From a virus, in IMG/VR virus record IMGVR_UViG_3300008339_000021, positions 26,206 through 90,205 of that record: a stretch of DNA of 64,000 nt; one strand, 5' to 3'. The translations under genes and the position numbers were made by a program. Positions 1 to 11,100 of the stretch are shown in pieces (position 1 is the first letter of the stretch; every line of letters begins with the position of its first letter). Under the pieces are notes generated by a model. That model was not told where the DNA came from. It made no database searches and worked only from the letters and a program-made list of their open reading frames with translations.

Positions 1-1
1 C

Positions 2-1285
2 TGGCATGTCCATTTTTTGCAAATAAATTTGACTATTAACAGCAACACCAGCACTGAATTTGTTTACCATGAAAAAACTATAACCCTCTTTTACACCAGA
101 GTCATAAGTATAGATCATAGACAAATCATCAGCAAAATTTGTATTAGATATTAATTCAGATTTACGTTCTACAATACCAAAGCTTCCACCTGTAATAGGT
201 AATAAGACAGGTTCAGTACTTGTACTAAGTCTATCATTTAGCCTTAGTAGATCATTCATTTTTTGTTTTTGTGTATTCTTTATTTTATTTAGGATATCTT
301 GTCTCTCTTGTTCACCATACAAGTTACCTTCTGCAATACCTTCTTTAATTTCTCTTGCAGCTAATGTCTCAGCAGGTATTAATGTATATAAGAAACCAGA
401 TCTATTTCCTAAATATAATTTGCCACCTTGATTAACAACTGGTCTAATGTACTGGTATACAATTCTACCACCTGTTTCTACAATATTACTATTCTCATCA
501 AATCTAATTGGATTACCTTTTGCATCAGAGATGATGGCAATATTAATATCATAAGTTCTATTCTTACTTAAGAAAGTCTTATCATAGTTAGTTAAATCAT
601 CAGGATTCAAATCTCTAATGTTCTGAGCTCTAAGCATGATTGCTTTGTCCCCTAACATTACATTATCATTTATATCCTTTTTCTTAGCTTGTACTACTGC
701 AGTTTTAACTACTTCAAAAAATAATTTTTTATCCTGGTCTTCTTGATTTCTTTCCTCCTCCGTCATCTTATCAGGATTTTTTGCAATAGCAACATTATCA
801 GATGTTTTATCTGGATAATCTACTTTTGCTTTTTCCTGCACAGCTGACCAATTTGGTTGTGCATTATTATCATTATTTTGTACTACATTCTTAGAAGTCT
901 TATTGCTCTCTTTAATTTTTTTATCAACGTCTTTCTTTGTTTTTGTAGTAGTTTTTGGAGTAACAAACTTTAATACATTTTTAGGATCTTCAAATTCCAA
1001 TGATAAGTCTTGTAAATAGTCAAAACTTAAACCAGCATCTTGTCTTAAATACTTTTTAATTTCAAGATCATTCTTAACTAAATCTAATATATCAGGAACA
1101 GCTTGTGCATAAAGAAGACCATTTGGTTCATCTTTAAATTCTTCATAGATCTCTCTAATGAATTTATCTAATGCTTTATTATCAAATTTACCTAGTTTAG
1201 GATCATTCATCCTATCAAGTATTTCTCCACGGACTATTGTATATAAAGCACTTATATCATTTTCAGTATAGAGTTGACAAGCCAT
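2..1285 (-). CDS. Giant virion cargo-type protein, N-terminal part (runs off the left edge; absent from the ORF track)
   Basis: ATG at 1285 lies 2 nt after the TAG of the upstream gene. Read by hand, the frame is open for 428 codons to the window edge (MACQLYTENDISALYTIVRGEILDRMNDPK...). Function inferred from position in the giant-gene block. Confidence 0.85.
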   Translation of the reverse strand, partial: MACQLYTENDISALYTIVRGEILDRMNDPKLGKFDNKALDKFIREIYEEFKDEPNGLLYAQAVPDILDLVKNDLEIKKYLRQDAGLSFDYLQDLSLEFEDPKNVLKFVTPKTTTKTKKDVDKKIKESNKTSKNVVQNNDNNAQPNWSAVQEKAKVDYPDKTSDNVAIAKNPDKMTEEERNQEDQDKKLFFEVVKTAVVQAKKKDINDNVMLGDKAIMLRAQNIRDLNPDDLTNYDKTFLSKNRTYDINIAIISDAKGNPIRFDENSNIVETGGRIVYQYIRPVVNQGGKLYLGNRSGFLYTLIPAETLAAREIKEGIAEGNLYGEQERQDILNKIKNTQKQKMNDLLRLNDRLSTSTEPVLLPITGGSFGIVERKSELISNTNFADDLSMIYTYDSGVKEGYSFFMVNKFSAGVAVNSQIYLQKMDMP

Positions 1286-1287
1286 TT

Positions 1288-4200
1288 CTATTTTGGTTTA
1301 CAATTATTAATATTATCATCTTTACTCTTATTCTTCAATGCGGCAAGTCTATCTTTTTTAGACATGCTGGCTGCATTTTGTTTTGCCTTTTCAATTAGTT
1401 CAGGATTGTCAGCAAAATCTTTAAGACTGCTTTTTGAAATTTCAGAGTTTTCTTTTTCTTCTGGTGTAGGTTCCATAATTTCTTCTTCTACTTTTAATGC
1501 TTCTTCAGTAGTTTTAGTAAACCCTGCTTTTATCTGAGTTTCAGTAAATGTTTTTTTCTTAGGTTTTCCATTTTTTACATTTTCAACCTGATTGATTACA
1601 ATCTTACCGTCACCTTTAGATTTAACAACAACTACCTCATTTTCTGTAATTCCAAAGATAGGTTTTTTGCTAATAAGATAGTCACCTTCAGCAATGTTTT
1701 CCTCAGATGTGCTTAGCTTTAATGAATTCTTTCTAATCTGGTATACATTTTCTACAAGGTCTGCAAACTGTATATCTGTTTCTGCTGTAATAGCAACTAT
1801 GGCATCAGTATAAGCTGTTTCTAAATCTTCAAGTTTCTCAGCAGATTTGATTCTGTCAAGTATATTTTTGAATTCTTCAGAAGTTAATGATACAAGTTCT
1901 GGGAATACATTATCTACAAAGTTTCTTTTTAATGCATCAAGTTCATCTTCAATTGGATCTTTTGTTGGTGTTGATGCCTTTTTTAAAGCAGCTAGTTGTC
2001 TATCAAATTCAGCATTGATTTTATCAAAATCATCTTTAGATTTTCTGTATACATTTTTTAAATCTTTTATTTTTAACTCAAGTTTTTCTAAATCCTTAAA
2101 AGGTTTGATATCTCGAACAGGGACAGCTCCTAAAAAATCTAATTTATCATATACCCTACTTTTAGCTTTATTAAAAAACCAATCATCACTTTCTGTTTTT
2201 CCTTTTTCAAAATTTTCTGTTAATTCTGGACTTTGATATAACCTACTATTTCTTTCAGAATCTGCAATTTGTTTAAACCTATTATTATACTCTTTTTCTA
2301 ATTCTTCAATTTTATCAAATCCTTCTTTAATTTCATTTTTTATTTCTTCTATTGAAAATGGTGTAGTATCAAATATTGTTTTAAATCTTTTTTCTAATTC
2401 TTTTAGTCTTCTTTTTTCTATATCAGCTTCCTCAGCTTTTATATCTTTAGGTGCTTTTTCAAGTTTTGCCAACTCAGTTTCTAACTGTTTTTTCTTAGCA
2501 AGTAGTTGTTCATATTGAGGAGAAGTAGCTACCATATCACCAACAGAGATCATACCTCCATTAGGAATATCAGCTAACTTTTTATTTACTTCAGCTATTT
2601 TCTTTTTTAGTTTTTTAACTTCAGTTGACTTTTGTTCTTCTGTAAGTTGTGGCTCCTTTGTTTCTTGTCCAACATTTTCTGGTTTAAGATTGTCAGGAAG
2701 ATTAGGAAGCTTCATTACCACACCATACTCAGCTAGTTTTGCATCATCAATTGGTTCTAAAGGAACTGTTTTTGCACGTTCTAATTCTTCTACTTTATTT
2801 TCTAATTCTTTTATTTTATTAGCATCTGGCTTGCTTGATTTTTCTATTGATAGTATAGTATTTTTTAAATCTCTAATAACTGGACCATTAACAACTTTAG
2901 CTGCTGACTCTGCAGAAAGAATATTACCATCCATATCTGTAGTAATTGATATAGGAAGAATAGAAATACTTTTTGCTAACTCACCTGTCATATTATATAA
3001 GAGAGCTCTATAGATAGACTGTTGTATTCTATATGTAAGTTTTTTATTGAACTTACTGTCATCATTAAAGTTGGTCCAGTTTTCTGGTTTACCAGTTTTA
3101 ATATCAATAATTTTAAGATCTCCCGTCTCAGTATCAAATGCTACTAAGTCCATTGCACCTACTAAACCTGAGTCAAGTAAAGTAGGATCATATATTATTA
3201 CATCATCAGATAAGATTTTATATTTACCATCTATTACTGAGTCTTGTAATTCAGTTATAATACCATACTCCCCAAACAAATTGTCATAAGCTTGTTGTGA
3301 CATCTTAGCTGGCTTTTCTGGTTTTATAAATCCTCCATCTTTATCAGTTCTAAATGCAACTCTAGTCATGTTGTCTATTGTGTTTCCAGCAATAGTTGAT
3401 TCATCATTAGCAACATCTTTTACAACTGCAATTAATGTAGCTTCAGTAAAATTATTAGTTAAAGCATTTCTAATAATGTCAAGCTTTCTTTGACTTTTTA
3501 ACTGAGCAAGTTTACCATCTTTTACAGTATATTCAAGAAATGACATGAATCTATTAAGTCTTTCAGCATCTGATTCTATGTCAGTATCATTTACAAGATC
3601 TCTAAATGGTATTAGCAATTGACCACCTTTTTGGACTTTGCCTTCCATATAAGGTTCCTTAATTGCTTCATACAAATAAGGATCTTTATTGGTCATTTTA
3701 TTTTCTATCTCTTCAGTAAGTTTAGTAACCCTCATAGGTTTACCATCTACACCTGGAAACTCATAACCAACTGTATTGCCTTCAGCATCTAGAATTCTTG
3801 AGACACCGTTTTGTTTATTTTTTACCATCTCTTCAAAAATTCTGAAGACACGGTTTGTATTATCTTTTGGTTTATATATTGATCTTAGATAAGTTAAATA
3901 TTTTTGTAATTCAGAAATATCATTTTTAATAGCATTTCTATCATTATTAGTAAGAGTATCACCATTATCATACTTGTTTCTATCATACATGCTCTGCAGC
4001 TTATCTCTCATAACTCTTAATTGAGTAAGCCCATATTCTGTAATTGATTTAGTAAGTGGTAGATACTTTATTTTAGGTAAAGCTGATTCTTCATCAATTG
4101 GTCTTTCATTGTATGCCTTAATAATATCTTTTTGTTCTGGTCTTTCAAGCCAGTTGTTTCTTATTAATTCATATCTAGTTGGGTCAATTCTTCTGAAGTC

Positions 4201-7200
4201 TGCAGGTTTTCCTAAACCTTCTGGAGCAGGAGCTACAAGATAAGCATCAAATGCAACTTCAAGTTCATTTCTTAAATCATCTGGTAAATCATTCCAAGTT
4301 GCATTTAAGTCAACCTCTTGTCTAGATTCTTTTTTAGGAGCTTGTGTTGTAACAGGTTTTGTTTGTGCCGGAGCTTCTGTTAATTGACCTTTTAATTTAT
4401 TAATGAAAGCATTATATCTTTCATTTGTCTTTTTTACTTGCTCTTGATAATCTTTCCATGCATCAGTTGTTTCAATAGGTGGAACAGCTTCTTGTTGTAA
4501 GTCTTCAGTTTCCTGTTCTATTTTAGCTTGTGCAATTTTATCTAATAATATTTGTTGCAAACCAAACTTAACTAAGGTTGCTCTTTGTCTATCTTCTACA
4601 GATGCACCAGATTTTTTAGTTGATTTAAAGAATTTACTACTTTCTTCTGGATTATTTTGTATTGCAAGCTCAGCTAATTCTGTAAAATTCTCAGGCACAA
4701 TATTTTGTTGTGCCATTGTTTCATATAAGTCAAATAATGATGATACATCATTTGCATCTTCAACTAATTTTAAAACAGAATTAAGATCTTTAATACCATC
4801 TTCAATTTCTTTTTTACTTCTAGGTGCAGGTGGTATTTCTTTTTGCATCCAGGCTTCTTTATTTTCACCTGTTGTTGCTAATAAGTTTTCTTCAAACTGT
4901 ACTTCAAGTTTTTCAAGTTGTCTATCTTTTCTTTCTTGTAGTTGTGAAATTCTAAGTTGTAGCTCTGCATTTTTTGCAGTCTCAGTTACAACTCCTTCTA
5001 TTTCTTTTAGTGTTTGGTATCTCTCCAGTGTTTCCATATATCTGTCATATGCCAAACTACCTTCAGGAACTACTAAACCTTTTCTTTCATCATAGAATTC
5101 TTTTGGTGGAATACCTTGATCTCTCCATAGAAGGAAGTCATTTCCCTCCATAAATATTCCTCGGTTTGCTAAAAAATTTAACAAACCATTATCTTCAATT
5201 TGTGATAACTCTTGTGTAGCTATCTCTCTATAGTAATCTCCTTTTTTAAGCCAGAGATCTGTCATCCATTTTTCATTACGGTAGTAAACATCTAAGAAAC
5301 CTTTTGGGTCATTCATTAGATTAATTATATCTACCATTTCTCTAGACTCATCATTAAGTTTATAAAAGTCTAGAACTAACTCAAATGAGTCATCTATATT
5401 TTCTGTAAAGAGATAATCATCTGGTTTTCCAGAAATTGTTTTTAATAAATTCTTATACTGGTCTTCTAGATTTTCAAGTATTTTAGTTTCTATCTCTTCA
5501 TTTTTTGGTCCAAATCTATCTTCTAAGTATTGTTCTACTTCTTGATCTGTAACTTCTTCTCCTTCTTCTTTATCTTGTTGTAAGATTGATTTAGCTCTAT
5601 TAAAATATCTATCTCTATGATAGTACTCACTAAACTCTTGGTATGCTTCAGAATATTTTTCTAGAGCTTCTGCTTCTTTTAATTTGTCCTTAGCCATTTG
5701 TTTTGACTCAGGATCACCCACAGCAATAAGATTATTAGCTTCATTTTTTAATAGTCCAATCTCATTTCTCATTTCTTCTGGGCGAAGAATAATATCAGAT
5801 TGTCTTTTAGTCATAGATTGTAATGGTCTTTTCTCATAAAACTTGTTCATGATTCCAACCATTCTTTTTCTTACATCATCAAAAACTTCATTATAGAAAA
5901 CAGCAGATTTAATACCATAATTCCAAGTATGATGCATTATATATGCTTGTTCATAGTCTTCACTATCTTTAGGTATTTTGTTGAGATCAATTGGATTAGG
6001 ATATACTTTATTATAGAAGTCCATTCTTTTTTGTATATCTCTTGCTTGAGTTACTAAATCACTAATTCTTGCTTTGTATTTATTAATATCTTCTCCAGCT
6101 AATTTTGGAAAAGCTTCTTTAAACTCATCATTAGTCATGTCCTTATAGCTTTCTACAGCATCTAAGTACATATCTAAAACTCCATAGTCATTAAGCATCA
6201 TAAAATGTTGAATCAAAGATTCTGATTCAGCATCCATTACTTCTTTTTTATTTCCTGAATTTTGAACTTTTGCTAATATGTCTTGAGTACCTCCATTAAA
6301 GAGTCGGCTGTTAAGCATTTCTTCAACACCAAACCCATTCATTTGATTAACAAGCTCATCTACTATTTTTGACTTTTCTGTTTTATATTCCTCAAATGTT
6401 TTAGGGTCAAATATTTGATTTGCTTTTTCATACAAATAAGTCATGGATTTATTTAATCCACCTGCTAATGCACCCATAGCAAATCCAGAAGCAAATGTTG
6501 AAAATCCACCAGCTCCTAGTTCTTGAGAATAATATGAAAGAGGTGTTGTACCTTTTCCAAATACAGCTTTACTTATAAGATTTTTTCTAACTGGGTTACT
6601 ATAAAATGTGTCTTTATAATATTTTTCATTTGCTGAAGCAATTGTTTCTTGCAAAGATTCTTGAATACCCTCAGTTAAATTTGTTTTAAGATAACCAACT
6701 GTACCCCATACTGATTTATGTAAAGGTTCTGTTTTCCATTTATTCCACCAAGTTTTAAATCCTCTTTCAGCAAATTTCCATTCATTCTTAGCAACATCAA
6801 AACCTATAGTACCTAACTCTCCAAATCTACCACCACCAACAGTTTTCCAGTCAAGCATTTTTTGTCTTAATACTCCTTGAGCACCTACTCTAGGATTAAG
6901 TATATTATCAAATGCTAGTTTATTTGAGAAGTAAATAATACCAGCATTCATTGCAGAAGTTTCATATGCAGCCTGTTTTGCTTGAGCTACAATATCTTGC
7001 ATCTCTTCATTATTAGGATTTCTGCCAAATTTAATTTGGTAATCTTTATAGATATCTCCAATTAAATTATTATAGACCATACCAGATTCAAGTCTGGCTT
7101 CTGCTAATGCTAAGTTTATATTTCTAAAATCTCTATAGGCAGCTCCTGCAGTTTTTAAATACAGACCTGCAGATTTCATATAGCCAGTAAAGTCATCTGT

Positions 7201-8145
7201 AGAATTTAATATAGAATAGTAATTATCAGTCAAGTTACTTAATGGATTAAGAACTCTACCAACACCTGACTGCAAACCTCTTTGTATTCTACCTATACCA
7301 TTAGCTTTATTCCAAGCTTCTCTAACTTTATTTATATCTTTTAATTCATCAAGTTTTTGAGCATAGGTAGCTATTCCATCAAATGATTTTCCAGCTTGGT
7401 ATTCTTTCCATAGTAAGTTAGCTGCTTTAGGTGCAATAGCTCTAGCTCCAATTAATCCTCCAACAGCTGCTCCTACAAAGTTTTCACCCATAGCAGTTGC
7501 CATAATACCAATTGTATAACCAAGATTGTTTGTTAGATTATTAACAAATGAACCTAAGTTATTTTTAGATGAGTATGTTAAAGCTGATAGTTTAGCATGC
7601 TCTTGAGCTATTCTTGCATCTTCTCCAAAAAAATCTCCTTCATTAATTAACTTTCCTGTACTTGCATATACACTTTTTATTCCTGTTCCAATCATAGGAA
7701 AAAAAGTTTGAGATAATGTTCTATACATATCTCCAAAGAAATTAGTATTTCTATTGAGTATAGCTTCATTATCTCTTAATGGATGGAACTCTATTTTACC
7801 AGCTTCTTGAATCCCAGAGTATCTATCATAAAAAGTTCCAGTAGGACCTGAATTATAAGAATATATTTTTGCCCATTCATTTTTGTCTTCTTGATCTCTA
7901 ACAGTTGCATCATGCCATTCTTGCATAGCAGCAATGTTAGCCTTTGGATCAAAATTTTTAGGACTACCTTTAGGAACTTGAGACGGTAATGGTCCAGGAG
8001 AGATTCCAATAAATCTCTCTTTTACTTGTATAGGATTAGGTGAAGAACCAGCCATACCCATATCTGTTTGAGGTGGCATAGGAACTGAACCTGCATATTC
8101 TGCATTTACTCCAGACTGAAAGCTATTTACATTAGTATCCTCCAT
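1288..8145 (-). CDS. Giant putative ejected/cargo protein (2285 aa) with Gly/Ala hydrophobic segments and a PD-(D/E)xK nuclease-like domain
   Basis: Long ORF. Hydrophobic segments TIGIMATAMGENFVGAAVGGLIGARAIA and FSTFASGFAMGALAGGL; coiled coils; motif GAMDLVAFD..LKIIDIKTG..YRIQQSIY at about 2990-3160. Confidence 0.75.
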   Translation of the reverse strand: MEDTNVNSFQSGVNAEYAGSVPMPPQTDMGMAGSSPNPIQVKERFIGISPGPLPSQVPKGSPKNFDPKANIAAMQEWHDATVRDQEDKNEWAKIYSYNSGPTGTFYDRYSGIQEAGKIEFHPLRDNEAILNRNTNFFGDMYRTLSQTFFPMIGTGIKSVYASTGKLINEGDFFGEDARIAQEHAKLSALTYSSKNNLGSFVNNLTNNLGYTIGIMATAMGENFVGAAVGGLIGARAIAPKAANLLWKEYQAGKSFDGIATYAQKLDELKDINKVREAWNKANGIGRIQRGLQSGVGRVLNPLSNLTDNYYSILNSTDDFTGYMKSAGLYLKTAGAAYRDFRNINLALAEARLESGMVYNNLIGDIYKDYQIKFGRNPNNEEMQDIVAQAKQAAYETSAMNAGIIYFSNKLAFDNILNPRVGAQGVLRQKMLDWKTVGGGRFGELGTIGFDVAKNEWKFAERGFKTWWNKWKTEPLHKSVWGTVGYLKTNLTEGIQESLQETIASANEKYYKDTFYSNPVRKNLISKAVFGKGTTPLSYYSQELGAGGFSTFASGFAMGALAGGLNKSMTYLYEKANQIFDPKTFEEYKTEKSKIVDELVNQMNGFGVEEMLNSRLFNGGTQDILAKVQNSGNKKEVMDAESESLIQHFMMLNDYGVLDMYLDAVESYKDMTNDEFKEAFPKLAGEDINKYKARISDLVTQARDIQKRMDFYNKVYPNPIDLNKIPKDSEDYEQAYIMHHTWNYGIKSAVFYNEVFDDVRKRMVGIMNKFYEKRPLQSMTKRQSDIILRPEEMRNEIGLLKNEANNLIAVGDPESKQMAKDKLKEAEALEKYSEAYQEFSEYYHRDRYFNRAKSILQQDKEEGEEVTDQEVEQYLEDRFGPKNEEIETKILENLEDQYKNLLKTISGKPDDYLFTENIDDSFELVLDFYKLNDESREMVDIINLMNDPKGFLDVYYRNEKWMTDLWLKKGDYYREIATQELSQIEDNGLLNFLANRGIFMEGNDFLLWRDQGIPPKEFYDERKGLVVPEGSLAYDRYMETLERYQTLKEIEGVVTETAKNAELQLRISQLQERKDRQLEKLEVQFEENLLATTGENKEAWMQKEIPPAPRSKKEIEDGIKDLNSVLKLVEDANDVSSLFDLYETMAQQNIVPENFTELAELAIQNNPEESSKFFKSTKKSGASVEDRQRATLVKFGLQQILLDKIAQAKIEQETEDLQQEAVPPIETTDAWKDYQEQVKKTNERYNAFINKLKGQLTEAPAQTKPVTTQAPKKESRQEVDLNATWNDLPDDLRNELEVAFDAYLVAPAPEGLGKPADFRRIDPTRYELIRNNWLERPEQKDIIKAYNERPIDEESALPKIKYLPLTKSITEYGLTQLRVMRDKLQSMYDRNKYDNGDTLTNNDRNAIKNDISELQKYLTYLRSIYKPKDNTNRVFRIFEEMVKNKQNGVSRILDAEGNTVGYEFPGVDGKPMRVTKLTEEIENKMTNKDPYLYEAIKEPYMEGKVQKGGQLLIPFRDLVNDTDIESDAERLNRFMSFLEYTVKDGKLAQLKSQRKLDIIRNALTNNFTEATLIAVVKDVANDESTIAGNTIDNMTRVAFRTDKDGGFIKPEKPAKMSQQAYDNLFGEYGIITELQDSVIDGKYKILSDDVIIYDPTLLDSGLVGAMDLVAFDTETGDLKIIDIKTGKPENWTNFNDDSKFNKKLTYRIQQSIYRALLYNMTGELAKSISILPISITTDMDGNILSAESAAKVVNGPVIRDLKNTILSIEKSSKPDANKIKELENKVEELERAKTVPLEPIDDAKLAEYGVVMKLPNLPDNLKPENVGQETKEPQLTEEQKSTEVKKLKKKIAEVNKKLADIPNGGMISVGDMVATSPQYEQLLAKKKQLETELAKLEKAPKDIKAEEADIEKRRLKELEKRFKTIFDTTPFSIEEIKNEIKEGFDKIEELEKEYNNRFKQIADSERNSRLYQSPELTENFEKGKTESDDWFFNKAKSRVYDKLDFLGAVPVRDIKPFKDLEKLELKIKDLKNVYRKSKDDFDKINAEFDRQLAALKKASTPTKDPIEDELDALKRNFVDNVFPELVSLTSEEFKNILDRIKSAEKLEDLETAYTDAIVAITAETDIQFADLVENVYQIRKNSLKLSTSEENIAEGDYLISKKPIFGITENEVVVVKSKGDGKIVINQVENVKNGKPKKKTFTETQIKAGFTKTTEEALKVEEEIMEPTPEEKENSEISKSSLKDFADNPELIEKAKQNAASMSKKDRLAALKNKSKDDNINNCKPK

Positions 8146-11100
8146 ACTCTCTTCTTTGCTGATTCATTAATTGTTGAATTTTTGGACCATCAAGATCACT
8201 TGAACTTGCATCACCTGTAAAGAATCTTTCTCTATTATATCTTAAGTTAGCACCTTGATTTGATAATGGGGCAACAAGAGTAACTGTTTTAGAATCTTGA
8301 CCAGGACCCATATATTGTTGATAGCTTGTAGTTACAACTATCTTAGATGGATCTACTGGATCTATTTTATAGTTAAGTGATATACCAGGTAATGTAGGAT
8401 CAGTATATGTAACACCTTTAGATCCTGCTTTTTCAATTCTAATTTGTTCTGCTGACTTAAATGAATTTTTATACATACTAACATTTGCCAAATTTTTAGC
8501 ATCTGTTATAATGCTTATACCATTTTTAAGTATGTCATTATATTGGTCTTCACTCATAATACCATTACCATCTGAGTCTGGTTTAAATTTCTTCAAATAG
8601 TCTTCAGGTAATTTAAAATTAATTGCTGCTTTAGTTACATCTTCTCCACCAAATGGAGATACAGCAACTTGAAATCTTTTTAAATCCATTCCTTTTGAGC
8701 CAGTTCTTGGATTAAAATCAGCCCATATTGCAGACCATATTTCATTATTTTTTGCTGGGTCATCAATGTTTTCAAATTTATCAGCTACTCCACCAAATGA
8801 TACATAGTTTGATCCATCACTTGTTTGTAAATCTAAATTTCTAACTACCCCTCTAAGTTGTAAATAATGATCATATGTAGGTGAACGTACTCCAGGTTCA
8901 ACAGTAATACCTGCTCCACCAGTAGTATATAATCCAGTACCAAATTCAGTAAGTGATACTGGTTGATCTAATCCTAATATATCACTTGTTAACATACTAT
9001 TTTCAGCTAACAAATCATATGCTGCTAACATCTCATCATATTCTTCTGATGTAGAATAGTTATGTCCTGTCCAATGAGAATTACCTTGTGCTAATCTAGT
9101 TCCATCTTCTTCATCAGTTCCCCATATACTATTATAAATCCAATCCCATGCACCACCACCAAGATACCCTACACCTGTTGCAAGAGCTCCTGTAAGATAT
9201 GCAGCAGGTACAGTTACTACTTCTTCAGGTAAAGCAACTTGTGGACCAAGTTGTCCAGCTACTGCTACTGCTGTTGATGTAGCTAGACCACCTGTATTCA
9301 TAGCATTAATAAAACCTGCCATTGACATTCCATTATTTAGAATTATATCTTCTGGAAAATCTCTATGAACATTTGCAATAAATGTCTTTTTGTCAACCAT
9401 ATTAAGTTGGTCATCAAATAATTGATTGGCATACATGAAACCTTGAGCTCTAAGCTTATTAGCAGTTTCATTTGCAATGTCTTCTTTATTTTTGATTGCT
9501 GCTAGTTTGTATGCAGCATAATCATCTAAACTGTGACTTAATGTAATTAAGTTTTTTACTTTACTACTGTTTCTTATATAATAATCATCTTTCTTCCTAT
9601 CAATTACATTTAACATTTTTTTAGTCATGTCTGTAATCATGTTTGGAGAAAAGTCAGTCTTTAGACTTGCTTTTGCTAATCCTGCAAGTTTTAATTTAGA
9701 AGCATCACCTTGTGCAACAAGATCATCTCCCATTTCTGCTGCTGCTTCTCTTTCTAACTCTGTAACATATGTACCTTCCTGAATCATTATATTTAATATA
9801 TCAGTTGGTATATCTTTTGTTGTTACATATCTTTTACCTGTTTTTGGATTAATTTCACCTGTACCTTCTTTAAATTTATCTCCATTTTCTTTTATCCACC
9901 TTAATACAGGTTCTATATTAAAACTATTTAAGTTTTTATTATCTATAATTTCTAATATTTCTGCATTAGAAATTATTCCCTCTTCTTGCATTTCTGCAAG
10001 TACACTTACCATTGTTTGTTTAGCAGCTTCAGCATCACCAGTATATAAACCATCTATTGTATTAGACAAAGCCATTGGATCATTTGATGGTGTTTTAGTC
10101 ATCATTTCAGCAACTCTTTCAATGTTTGCTAACTCTGGCTTTATTTTTAATTCATTAGTTTCTGGATCAATATCATAAAGTCCTGATTCAGCTTTTGCTT
10201 TATATGTTGCTTTATCCATATCAAGCTGATGCTTAAAGAGTGCAACATCTTTTTGTGCAGCAGCTCTTTGTTGAATAAGTGAAGAGTCATACTCATATTT
10301 CTGTCTTTGTACTGAGAATGGATTTGCTTCATATGATACCTCTCCATGAAGATCTGCCCAATTCATAGCTGCTTGATTGAGATCTGCTAATAGTAAATTA
10401 GAAGCTGTAACTGCATCAACTCTCATTCTTAACAAATCCATGTCATCCATATTAAGAGCACTACCTCCTTGAGTTGTCATAGTCCGGTTAAGATCTCCAT
10501 CTAACATTACTAAGTCATTCTCAGCTTGTTTAAGCATTTCAGAAATTTGAGCATTAGCTTCTTTATATTGTTCTAATGAAGTTTGTGTAGTTTCAATATC
10601 TGTTCCATCTGCAATAGACTTCTCCATTCTAGTGATCATCTTATCATTAGCCATCTTACGGCTTAATAAATCATTCTTAGTAATGAGGGTTTGATTCCTC
10701 ATTACTTTTAGTGTTCTATTTAGATAATCTTTCTCAGCTAACTCAGCATTACCTCCATATTCAGGCCTATCTTTATTTGATGCTACTGTATCTTTTCTAT
10801 CAAGATAAGCTTGTGTTACATACATTTCTTTTACTTTAGGATCTTTACCTAAGACAGAATAAAATGTACTTTGTAAAGGGGCAATGGCTTGCTGTCCATT
10901 TTTTTCAGTAACAATCCAATCACCTTGTGGAGTAACTCTTTTAATATCAATCTTCATTTCTGCAGCTAACTCCAATGCTTTCTTCTCTACATTAACATAT
11001 GGAGTATATTTTACATCACCGAAAGATGGTAGTTGCTCATATGGCAAAGCTTTAAATTCTTGTACTTTGTAATCAATTGCTCTTAAACCACCATCCCAAT

